NCBI GenBank assembly: GCA_001872545.1
Contig: MNWN01000011.1
Location: 2,089-66,088 of the forward strand
Length of the DNA: 64,000 nt
Source of the DNA: Parcubacteria group bacterium CG1_02_58_44
GTDB taxonomy: Bacteria > Patescibacteriota > Patescibacteriia > SG8-24
Direction of reading: 5' to 3'
Positions 10,448 to 18,835 of the stretch are shown here, piece by piece (the stretch's first letter is position 1; each line of letters opens with the position of its first letter). The notes beneath the pieces were generated by a model, which saw only the letters and a list, made by a program, of their open reading frames with translations, had not been told where the DNA came from and made no database searches. Made by a program: the position numbers and the translations under genes.

Positions 10448-10914
10448 CATGGCCGACCGGACGGTCGTCCTTGCCGCAAAAACAGGGCAGGGAAGGAAAG
10501 TCCGGACACCCCTCGAGCGGCAACGCCGAGGAAGCAGGTAGTCGCTAACGACGACCGGGAATAAGGTTTGACGGGCATTTCTCCTAGGAAACTGGAGAAG
10601 TCTCTGTCGGCCCCAAGCCTAGGGAAAGTGAAACAGAAAACACACCGCCCGAACCCGAGCGCAAGCGGAGGTGAGGCCTCGAGCGGAACCGAAAGGTTTC
10701 CTCGAGCCGGGTAAGGTTGAAAACGTGGGGTAAGGGCCCACGCGGGACAGCCGCGCGAGCGGCGCCGTGGAAAACCCTGCCTGGTGCAAGAGCAAGTTTG
10801 GTAGCTCGCTAGAGGCCGTCGGCAACGACGGTCCCAGATAGATGGCCGTCCGTTGTCCGGGATGCGTTCACGCGTGTCGGGCGACGACAGAATCCGGCTT
10901 ACAGGTCGACCATG
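10448..10914 (+). ncRNA. rnpB: RNase P RNA (atypical architecture)
   Basis: P4 signatures GGAAAGTCCGG and ACAGAATCCGGCTTA; P1 catggccgacc/ggtcgaccatg; P2 ggacggtcg/tggccgtcc; GAAAGTG..ACAGAAAAC..ACCGCC; GGTAAGG..GAAA. Confidence 0.95.
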
Positions 10915-10922
10915 AACCATCG

Positions 10923-10950
10923 AAAAATCCGCCTTTCCGGGCGGTTTTTC
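10923..10950 (+). terminator. rnpB terminator
   Basis: aaaaatccgcct-ttcc-gggcggttttt. Confidence 0.75.
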
Positions 10951-11099
10951 GTTTCTTGTACCTCTCACCCATTTTCCATTTTAGGACAGATAACCGTCTT
11001 TCCAGACGAGGTTTTTCCTTGACAGTTACTTCCCTCCTCCTCTTTCTGTTAAGATTTAAATTGAACCCATCAATTAATTTATCTCTAATTTAGAGAGAT

Positions 11100-11705
11100 A
11101 TGTCGGAAAAGCAAGAAAGGCCACCCTTGGATCCAGAAGCCGAAGGGCAAAATCGGATTGAGCACGCGATCAAGACTGCTAGTGGCATAGCAGACGAGAT
11201 TTTAGAAAACGCAAAAACAAGAGGAATTCAAGATTGGAAGAGAGAAGAAATTGAGAGAAGACCAACGAATCGGGACGAAATGTTTAGTCTGGAACCGTAT
11301 CTTACCATGGTCTTGGTAGAGAGGCTCTCGAGCGAGATTGCCGAAAGGTTCGGAAAAGAAGAATTCTGCGATCTGGCAAGATGGTTGGCACAGAATGAGA
11401 TGGACGGCGTTCTCGTCGAGAATGTAGAGAACATAAGATCAGGAAAAGATGTGGATGAAAATCTCCAATTTTTGGAGGATGCTCGTGCCTTTTCCGCAAA
11501 AAGGCAATTTGATCTTAAAGGCGGGGAATACTACAGCGGTGATGGTTATACTCGAGATCAAATACTTGTTGCAGTCAAGGCGGCGGTCGGAAGATTGGAA
11601 AAGGCTACAGTCATTCAACAAATAGCAAGTCGCTGTCTTACGAATGGCAGCGCCGTCCGTACTGGAGCGACTAGGAAAATTTTGGACATGTTCCTCGCCG
11701 TTTAA
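11100..11705 (+). CDS. Orphan hypothetical protein (helical, charged)
   Basis: 201-aa ORF with clearly lower GC than flanks and an AT-rich upstream region. Confidence 0.7.
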   Translation: MSEKQERPPLDPEAEGQNRIEHAIKTASGIADEILENAKTRGIQDWKREEIERRPTNRDEMFSLEPYLTMVLVERLSSEIAERFGKEEFCDLARWLAQNEMDGVLVENVENIRSGKDVDENLQFLEDARAFSAKRQFDLKGGEYYSGDGYTRDQILVAVKAAVGRLEKATVIQQIASRCLTNGSAVRTGATRKILDMFLAV

Positions 11706-11740
11706 GGATCCAAATCGGAAGGAGGCAAGCGAGTTTAGTT

Positions 11741-11828
11741 CACCAGCCCCCATTGATCATGGGGGTTTTGGTTTTGAGGCAAGTTTTTCGTTGTGAAGCC
11801 TAAACCCCGGGCGTGAGCCCGAGGTGTG
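11741..11828. repeat. REP-like / IS200-IS605-end-like hairpins
   Basis: gcccccat-tgatc-atgggggt and aaaccccgggc-gtga-gcccgaggt; similar hairpins at 30180 and 32803-32905. Confidence 0.5.
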
Positions 11829-11851
11829 TCGCTTAACTGACTAAGATAATC

Positions 11852-11884
11852 AAAAACCGTCAGAGTCTGATCTGGCGGTTTTTG
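11852..11884. terminator. Terminator downstream of trpS
   Basis: aaaaaccgtcaga-gtctga-tctggcggttttt. Confidence 0.65.
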
Positions 11885-11895
11885 GATATGGCGTT

Positions 11896-12966
11896 TTACC
11901 TGATACCGATCGTTCGGCGCACCTCTTCCATAGTTTTCCGTGCCGTCTCTCGGGCCCGTTCGGCACCAGCAGCGAAGATCTTCAGTACCCGGTCCGGGTA
12001 GGCCTCCAGCTCGCGTTTGCGTTCGCGGAAGTCGGCGAACCGTTCGGCGATCCGTTCGGCCAACAGCGGCTTGAGTTCGCCGTAGCGGATCGGCTGGCTG
12101 TCGACGAACCGTTGGGCCTCACCCTCATGTCCGAAAAGCCGCAATAGCCCTATTAGGTTCCAAACTCCGGCCTGTCCGCGCAACGTCTCCTCGTCCAGGC
12201 CTCGTTCCTCCAGCGGTTTGGTCAGCAGTTCGTCGAGCTCGGCCTCCGTCAGCGTCAGCCTGCCCTCGGTCTCGCTCACCGCTCCCTTGATTTTCTTCAG
12301 TATGACGTCAGGCTCGTCGGAGAGGGCAATATACGATTTTTCGCCCAGCGACTTGGACATTTTCTTGAGCGGATCGGTCAGCGATCGCAGCTTGGGGGTG
12401 TCGGTCAGGTACGGTTCAGGCTCGGGGAAGTAGTCGACTCCGTACTTGCGGTTGTAGAAGCGTGCGACATCGCGGGTCAGCTCGACGTGTTGGACCTGAT
12501 CGCGTCCGACCGGTACGGCCTCGCCGTGATGGATCAGGATATCCGCTGCCTGCAGCACCGGATAGTCTAGCAGTCCCATATTGACGTTCCTGTCCTGCTG
12601 GCCGGACTTGTCCTTGAACTGCGTCATGCGCTCGAGGAAGGACAGCGGAGTGAGGGTGTTGAAGATCCAGCACAGCTCGGTGTGCTCCGGAATGTCCGAC
12701 TGACGGAAGAGAGTGCATTTTTCCGGGTCCAGTCCGGCGGCCAGCAGTTCGGTCATGATTTCCAGTACCTGCCGCCGCTTGTCCTGAGGGTCATAGTCGC
12801 CGGACAGCGAGTGGTAGTCGGCCACAAAGATCGAGCATTCGTAGTTCGGATCGTCCTGAAGCCGGACCCAGTTCTTGAGCGCACCGACCCAGTTGCCGAG
12901 GTGGACCTGACCCGAGGGTTGAATGCCGGAAATGAGGGTTTTTCGCCTATTGTTGCTTATTGTCAT
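11896..12966 (-). CDS. trpS: Tryptophan--tRNA ligase
   Basis: SGIQPSGQVHLGNWVGA, YPVLQAADIL, VPVGRDQVQH, KMSKS. Confidence 0.97.
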   Translation of the reverse strand: MTISNNRRKTLISGIQPSGQVHLGNWVGALKNWVRLQDDPNYECSIFVADYHSLSGDYDPQDKRRQVLEIMTELLAAGLDPEKCTLFRQSDIPEHTELCWIFNTLTPLSFLERMTQFKDKSGQQDRNVNMGLLDYPVLQAADILIHHGEAVPVGRDQVQHVELTRDVARFYNRKYGVDYFPEPEPYLTDTPKLRSLTDPLKKMSKSLGEKSYIALSDEPDVILKKIKGAVSETEGRLTLTEAELDELLTKPLEERGLDEETLRGQAGVWNLIGLLRLFGHEGEAQRFVDSQPIRYGELKPLLAERIAERFADFRERKRELEAYPDRVLKIFAAGAERARETARKTMEEVRRTIGIR

Positions 12967-13224
12967 ATGCGGGAAGTATAGGTTGAGGTAGCCGAAATGA
13001 CAAAAGACTGGCGGAAACGGTTCCGTCAGTCTTTCATTCAGGTGACCGCTGATTCGGAGCGATGGCAGTGCGCTATCGCGTCGGTGTCTTCTTCAGTCTA
13101 GGTCTTGATCAGTTAGTGTGAACGTACCTAACGACCGATCATCCGACATCTTGCAGCGAGACGAAAACGTCTTTAAAAACGCCAGGAAATACGCTAGCCT
13201 GATTACCGAATCCACCTTAACCAT

Positions 13225-14526
13225 ATGGACATGTCAGAACAAAGATTTCGGCGGAGTCTATCCGACAGTGAGGACATTGATCTTGAGCTGCAGGGAGACG
13301 TGGAGCCTATCGTCGGTTTGGATCCTAAAGCAAAAGAAGCGGATCACCGTCCCGACCTTTCGGAACGACGTGTCGTAGCCGAAACCGTGATGGAGGTCGA
13401 TCCGCTCGGTAAGGCCCTGACCGGCCGAACTCCGGAGCGGCTGGAGGATGAGACCGGCATACCGAAAGAGGAACTGTTCCCTGACGGCAAGGATGTGGTC
13501 TATATCGGCGATCCTTGGCAGAGGATGGGAACAGAGCGGGACAATCCGCACACGTTCATCGTGGACTACGAGTTCGGGGAGACGGCCGAATTTATCGACA
13601 ACCCTGAAGCCTTTCTTGATCGAATGTTGCCCGCCGTCAGTGGAGACAGTGCCGACGACGGGGAGCTGGCCCTGCCTGTCGGAAACTCTTGTCGCCAGCA
13701 CGGAGAATATCAGCTGGCCGGCGAGAAAGAGGATCTGACGAGCCGGCAGAAGAAATGGCTGGAACAGTTCCTGGAGTTGATCAAAAAGGCCAATGACCTC
13801 ACCAGGAAACTGGACAGGAAAAAATTTGAAGATTTCGGACCGGTTGCCGACGCTTGGGGAGAGGCCCGATTTTTCATCGAAACGACCTATAAGCAGGAGA
13901 TGGCCGACACAGAAGAAAGCTTGCCGTCTTTTGTCGGAGACCCGAGACGTGAATACGACCCCCTGTCCGAGTTTCGGAAACAGGCTTGGTATGACTGTGT
14001 CTATGCGGAACGCGGCTTTAGGGACATTCCTGACTGGCTGACTAAGGTCGAACCGAGACTGAAGGAACGCCGCATCGAACTGGAGACGGCCGGCAAGGAC
14101 GAGGAGGAAATCGAAAAGACGCTCAAGACGGCCCGTAAGATACTCATCGACCACCTCCGACTGCGTCGGAAGCCCGAGGAGGCGAACGTCATCCAAGCTG
14201 TCTTTCCGGAACTGCCGTTCAGGGACGGGTCGTTCGACCGTCTGGTCGCCTCATGGTCGATCTCTGCGCATGTCTTCTCACATCTCGATCGGACCGGATT
14301 CAACGCCTGCTGGCAGGAAATCAGACGAGTACTGAAGGATGAAGGGAAAGCTTACATCTTCCCGCTCGACTACGAACAGATAGACGAAGAGGAATTTTTT
14401 GCTTCACTGAGGGAATTTGCCGAAAAAACCGGATTGAAATGGAAGGTGCTGGATGATCGAGGCCAGCCCGTTGACGGTGAACATCTGGCCGAAACGCTCC
14501 TATTGGAGAAAAACGTGTCCATTTGA
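13225..14526 (+). CDS. Methyltransferase-fold protein with large helical insertion
   Basis: C-terminal ELPFRDGSFDRLVASWS...EIRRVLKDEGKAYI; degenerate N-terminal motif GKDVVYIGDP. Confidence 0.7.
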   Translation: MDMSEQRFRRSLSDSEDIDLELQGDVEPIVGLDPKAKEADHRPDLSERRVVAETVMEVDPLGKALTGRTPERLEDETGIPKEELFPDGKDVVYIGDPWQRMGTERDNPHTFIVDYEFGETAEFIDNPEAFLDRMLPAVSGDSADDGELALPVGNSCRQHGEYQLAGEKEDLTSRQKKWLEQFLELIKKANDLTRKLDRKKFEDFGPVADAWGEARFFIETTYKQEMADTEESLPSFVGDPRREYDPLSEFRKQAWYDCVYAERGFRDIPDWLTKVEPRLKERRIELETAGKDEEEIEKTLKTARKILIDHLRLRRKPEEANVIQAVFPELPFRDGSFDRLVASWSISAHVFSHLDRTGFNACWQEIRRVLKDEGKAYIFPLDYEQIDEEEFFASLREFAEKTGLKWKVLDDRGQPVDGEHLAETLLLEKNVSI

Positions 14527-14635
14527 TGGGCAGTTGGAATCAGGTGAGAAGAACGGACTGTGAGCACTCGTCGATTCGTGCCGCAGACTGACTTTCCTGC
14601 ACGACATCCTAGACTGTTTCCATCGTCCGTAGACC

Positions 14636-14669
14636 AAAGCCGGCCGCCTTGTATGGGCGACCGGCTTTA
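14636..14669. terminator. Terminator hairpin between convergent genes
   Basis: aaagccggccgcc-ttgtatg-ggcgaccggcttt. Confidence 0.6.
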
Positions 14670-14865
14670 GTTCCGTCCCGTCACTGACGGAAGTTTCATG
14701 GGACCACCTTTAGACTCTCAAAGGCAACTTACCTTTGGTCTTTTTAAGTTTTCTGAGTGGAACAATCAACAGGGTAATAACCAACACGACGAAGATAATT
14801 TCCATCGCTGATGGAATGGGCGTTAAATTTCCACCCACCAAAGCCTTGACTTCATACATGCAACA

Positions 14866-16170
14866 TCAAGATTGTGGACCCATGAAATCCGTGACCGCCC
14901 GGTCCAAGATCACGTCCGTCGGCCTAAACTTGCGCAATAGGACGATCCCTTTCAGCGTCATGCAGCGACTCAGGGCGACGTACATCTGACCATGTGCGAA
15001 GGCACCGTGACCGACGTCGACCAGTACCCGCTCGAAGGTCTTGCCCTGACTCTTGTGGATCGTCACCGCCCAGGCCAGCGTGATCGGATATTGAGTGTAT
15101 GACCCGACCACTTCCTCTTCCAGACTTCCGCCCTGACCGCTTCGGTACTCGAAGACTTCCCAAGTGTGCCGCTCGACCTCAACCTCGTCACCGTTCTCCA
15201 GCTCGACTTCCAGCACCGGCTGACCGGCCTCATCGTCCTGCCTGACTCGACGAATCGTACCCAAACTGCCGTTGACCCAGCGTTTGAGCGGATCGTTGGT
15301 GGTGAACATGATGCGTGCGCCGTCCTTGACCGTAACGGTCGCCTCGGATGGCATGCGCCGACCGCCGATGTCACCGAAGGAAGTCGCCTTGAACCGCCAC
15401 TCCTTCGACTCAAGCTGACTCAGCTCCAAGTCGTTCCTGCGCTGCGCCATCTTATTGGTGGTGGTCAGGTGGACCATGTAGTCATCCTCATTACGGGGAT
15501 CGAAATCCGGATCGTGCCGTTCGTTCCACAGCCTGACGTCATCTTCGGTTACCCTTGCGTTCCTGACGCGGTTGAGCAGCTCTACGAAATCGCGATCCTT
15601 CTGGCGGTAGACCTTCTTCAGCTCGAAAGTCTCGACCGGAAACTGTCGCATCACGTCGGCAGAAAAGAAGTACGGCGAAGGATAGCTGGTGCGGAACATG
15701 TCCAGCTCGTCACGGGTGACTACCGGCGGAAGCTGGAACAGGTCGCCGATCAGAACCATCTGTACGCCGCCGAACGGCAGGTCCGGCCGATCGCGATTCA
15801 GCCGCAGGGCCCGGTCGACGCAATCGAGCAGGTCGGCCCGAACCATGGAGATCTCGTCGATAATGATCGTCTCCAGCTTCTTGAAGAGATCCAGGCTGTC
15901 GGGATGGGCCTTGCGAACCAAACTCTTCTTTATCTCGGGATGAAAGCCAAAAAAGGAATGGATCGTCTGTCCGTGAACGTTGAGTGCGGCCACACCGGTC
16001 GGAGCCAGAACGACATGTCGCTTCCGGGTTTTCTGCCTGAAGTAGGTCAGTAGGGTCGACTTTCCGGTGCCAGCCCGTCCGGTCAAGAAAATGTTGCGGT
16101 CGGTCTCGTTGATCAGCTGCAGGGCAGTTCGAAACTCCTTGTTGATTTTGATGACGGTTTTCTTGCCCAT
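14866..16170 (-). CDS. Pif1/RecD-like SF1B DNA helicase
   Basis: FLTGRAGTGKST, APTGVAA, TIHSFF, IIDEISMV, PFGGVQMVLIGDLFQLPPV, LAWAVTIHKSQG, GQMYVALSR. Confidence 0.92.
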   Translation of the reverse strand: MGKKTVIKINKEFRTALQLINETDRNIFLTGRAGTGKSTLLTYFRQKTRKRHVVLAPTGVAALNVHGQTIHSFFGFHPEIKKSLVRKAHPDSLDLFKKLETIIIDEISMVRADLLDCVDRALRLNRDRPDLPFGGVQMVLIGDLFQLPPVVTRDELDMFRTSYPSPYFFSADVMRQFPVETFELKKVYRQKDRDFVELLNRVRNARVTEDDVRLWNERHDPDFDPRNEDDYMVHLTTTNKMAQRRNDLELSQLESKEWRFKATSFGDIGGRRMPSEATVTVKDGARIMFTTNDPLKRWVNGSLGTIRRVRQDDEAGQPVLEVELENGDEVEVERHTWEVFEYRSGQGGSLEEEVVGSYTQYPITLAWAVTIHKSQGKTFERVLVDVGHGAFAHGQMYVALSRCMTLKGIVLLRKFRPTDVILDRAVTDFMGPQS

Positions 16171-16352
16171 AGATAGATTGATGGCGTTGTTCAAGACGCT
16201 AAGTCTAGCTTTCCTGGAAGGAAAACCAAAACCGGCTATCTCTATATAAGGTGACCGGCTGCAGCTTCACCGCGCTTTCGATGAAGTTTGGTGGATTGGT
16301 ACGGCTAGACTCGGAGGCGCGACGGCGCGTTCTTGCGTCGGCGCCACCCAAG

Positions 16353-18251
16353 CTAGACCTCGATCAGCACAGGGAGAACCATCGGCCTGCGTTTGGTCTC
16401 CTTGAACAGGAACGATCCGACCTCGTTGCGGATCTTGCCCTTGATGAACTCCTCGAAGGCCGGAGTCCGGCTGTCCGCGTCCTTGAGTATCTTCTTGACC
16501 TTGATCCGCGCCTTCTCTATAAGCTCCTTGCTTTCGCGCATGTAGATGAATCCGCGCGAGATTATGTCCGGCGAGCTGACCAGCGCTCCGGTCTTCTTGT
16601 CGATCGTGACGATGACCACGAACATGCCCTCGTCGGCCAGCTGTACGCGGTCGCGCAGGACGACCTGCGACACGTCGCCGACGCCGAGTCCGTCGACCAT
16701 GACGTATTCGGTCGAGACCTTCTCGGTGGTCATTCTGATGCCGCCGTTGTCGACCTCAAAGACCTGTCCGTTTTCGGCGACGAAGATGTTTTCGCTGGGT
16801 ATGCCGACTTCCCGCCCCAGCTCCGCATGCGCCTCGAGCATGAAGCGGTTGCCGTGGATCGGAATAAGGTACTTGGGCATGGTCAGGCGCATCATCAGCT
16901 TCAGGTCCTCCTGCTTGGCGTGTCCGCCGGCATGGACGTCGAGGTTGTCGTAGTGGTAGACCTTGGCGCCCTGCTTGACCAGCGTGTCCTTGAGCGACTG
17001 GACGGTCCGTTCGTTGCCCGGAATGACCGAGGACGAGAAGACCACGCCGTCGCCCTTGCGCAGCGAGACGGTCCGATGTTCGCCGTTGGCCACCCGCATG
17101 AGCACGGCGTTGCGTTCGCCCTGGGCTCCGGTGCAGATGACCAGTGCCTTGTGGTCGGGGAGGCGCAGGAAGTCGCGGGCCTCGATGATGGTGCTGGGCT
17201 TGAACTTCATGTAGCCCATCTCCTTGGCGATCTCGACGTTGTTGCTCATCGAGCGCCCTTCGATCAGCACTCGGCGGTCGTACTTTTCGGCCAGTTCGAT
17301 GATCTGCCCCACTCGCGTCAGCAGCGACGAGAACGTCCCGATGATCAGGCGTCCCGGATGCTCGCGGATGATGCGTTCCATCTCCTTGCCGACCTGGCTC
17401 TCGGAGATCTGGTGGCCCGGACTGGTGGCGTTGGTCGAGTCCGACAGGAGCGCCAGCGCGCCGCTCAGTCCGAACGCGGCGATGTGGGTCAGGTCGATCG
17501 GATCGTCGTTTACCGGCGTGTAGTCGAACTTGAAGTCGCCGGTGCAGAGGATGGTTCCGTAGGGCGTGTGCAGCGCCGCGCCGAAGGCATCGGAGATGTT
17601 GTGGTTGACGTGGAACGGCTCGAAGACGAAGTGCCGACCGAGCTGGATCTTCTTCTCTGAGGTGACCAGCTGGATCTTCAGCTTGCTGACCGTACCGAAT
17701 TCCTCCTGCCGTTTCTTGAGAATTCCCGCGGTGAGCGGGGCAGTGAAGATCGTCGGGTAGCCGAGGCGTCCGATGGTCAGGGGAATTCCGCCGATGTGGT
17801 CCATGTGTCCGTGCGTCACGATGACGCCGCGGATGTTCTTCTCCTTGCCTTTCAGCGAGGAGATGTCCGGGATGATGTAGTCGATGCCCGGCATGCCCTC
17901 CTCCGGGAACATCAGCCCGATGTCGAGGATGATGATGTCGTCGCCGCACTCGAAGACGGTGCAGTTGCGGCCGATCTCCTCGAGTCCGCCCAAGGCGTAG
18001 ATCCTGAGCTTGGGGGTGCCGGCCGGAGCGTGCGTCTGATGCGCTATTTCGCGGCTAAGCGGCCCGACTCCGGGTTTTTTGGACTGAGGTCCGTCGGCTA
18101 CGGCGGATGGGATGACATGCTGCTGCTGCGGTCCGCGGCGTCCGGACGGGTATCCCGACGACGGTGGTCGGCGGCGTCTCTGGTCGTGACCCGAGCGGCG
18201 CTGGCCTTGGTTTGATCCGGCTTGGCCGGATGTCTTTTCTTTAGGTGTCAT
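16353..18251 (-). CDS. rnj: Ribonuclease J with disordered N-terminal extension
   Basis: LGGLEEIGRN, THGHMDHIG, TGDFKFD, TGAQGE, HAGGHA, PIHG, RRPMVLPVLIEV; start codon uncertain (18251 or 18311). Confidence 0.95.
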   Translation of the reverse strand: MTPKEKTSGQAGSNQGQRRSGHDQRRRRPPSSGYPSGRRGPQQQHVIPSAVADGPQSKKPGVGPLSREIAHQTHAPAGTPKLRIYALGGLEEIGRNCTVFECGDDIIILDIGLMFPEEGMPGIDYIIPDISSLKGKEKNIRGVIVTHGHMDHIGGIPLTIGRLGYPTIFTAPLTAGILKKRQEEFGTVSKLKIQLVTSEKKIQLGRHFVFEPFHVNHNISDAFGAALHTPYGTILCTGDFKFDYTPVNDDPIDLTHIAAFGLSGALALLSDSTNATSPGHQISESQVGKEMERIIREHPGRLIIGTFSSLLTRVGQIIELAEKYDRRVLIEGRSMSNNVEIAKEMGYMKFKPSTIIEARDFLRLPDHKALVICTGAQGERNAVLMRVANGEHRTVSLRKGDGVVFSSSVIPGNERTVQSLKDTLVKQGAKVYHYDNLDVHAGGHAKQEDLKLMMRLTMPKYLIPIHGNRFMLEAHAELGREVGIPSENIFVAENGQVFEVDNGGIRMTTEKVSTEYVMVDGLGVGDVSQVVLRDRVQLADEGMFVVIVTIDKKTGALVSSPDIISRGFIYMRESKELIEKARIKVKKILKDADSRTPAFEEFIKGKIRNEVGSFLFKETKRRPMVLPVLIEV

Positions 18252-18470
18252 AGTTTTTGTCGGTTCTGCATTGGATGGGGACAGCAAAGGAGCAAGCGTC
18301 CGTCGCCGCATCGTTTCCGATTCGAAAGATATCGTTGATTAGGTTAGTCGGCGAAGATGTCGCCATGCCACCGACGGAAAGTTCCGACGGCAGTTTACCT
18401 TTCGGCAGAATTGAGCAGGGGGCAGGAGGTGGAGGCTATCCGCTATTCAACTGTTCCGAAAATGATCTCA

Positions 18471-18751
18471 GTCTGTCCTGCCGCTCCTGATGGACCCATA
18501 ACTGATGAGTCCGTCGGGAGTGGTGCCGTGGGTGGGATCGTCTCCTTGCCCGCCCGAACGGCGGGCTTCGTCACCTGGGCGGCGCCGGACCCTGCACCAG
18601 TTCGGGTCCGTCGGCACTCGCGCGCTCGCGTCTGGACGGACGCTCGCCGCTCGCTGCCGTCTGTTCAAATCCCTTCGATTTTGGTCTGTCCTGCCGCTCC
18701 TGATGGACCCATAACTGATGAGTCCGTCGGGAGTGGTGCCGCGGGTGGGAT
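18471..18751. repeat. 68-bp direct repeat (18471-18538 / 18684-18751) including 18 nt of the tRNA-Leu 3' end
   Basis: gtctgtcctgccgctcctgatggacccataactgatgagtccgtcgggagtggtgccg(t/c)gggtgggat occurs twice, one mismatch, period 213 bp. Confidence 0.92.
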
Positions 18752-18820
18752 TTGAACCCACACGGAGTTGCCCCCACTAGCTCCTGAAGCTAGCGTGTCT
18801 GCCAGTTTCACCACCGCGGC
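18734..18820 (-). tRNA. tRNA-Leu (anticodon CAG)
   Basis: GCCGCGG...CTAGC-TTCAGGA-GCTAG, long variable arm, GGTTCAAATCC, CCGCGGC-A-CCA. Confidence 0.95.
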
Positions 18821-18835
18821 ATTACGTTCGCTGTT

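Noticed and set aside
10447-10968. 173-aa minus-strand ORF
   Set aside because: Antisense to the RNase P RNA; no protein features
12967-13120. T-box or attenuator upstream of trpS
   Set aside because: No T-box consensus; only a single hairpin at ~13003-13034
18502-18525. CTGATGAGTCCG resembles a hammerhead ribozyme core (also at ~18715)
   Set aside because: No closing stem II followed by GAAA; the bases instead pair in a simple hairpin with upstream CTCCTGATGGAC
18471-18751. Direct repeats as a mini CRISPR array
   Set aside because: Only two copies, 68 bp long with 145 bp between them, overlapping a tRNA end; no cas genes in the window
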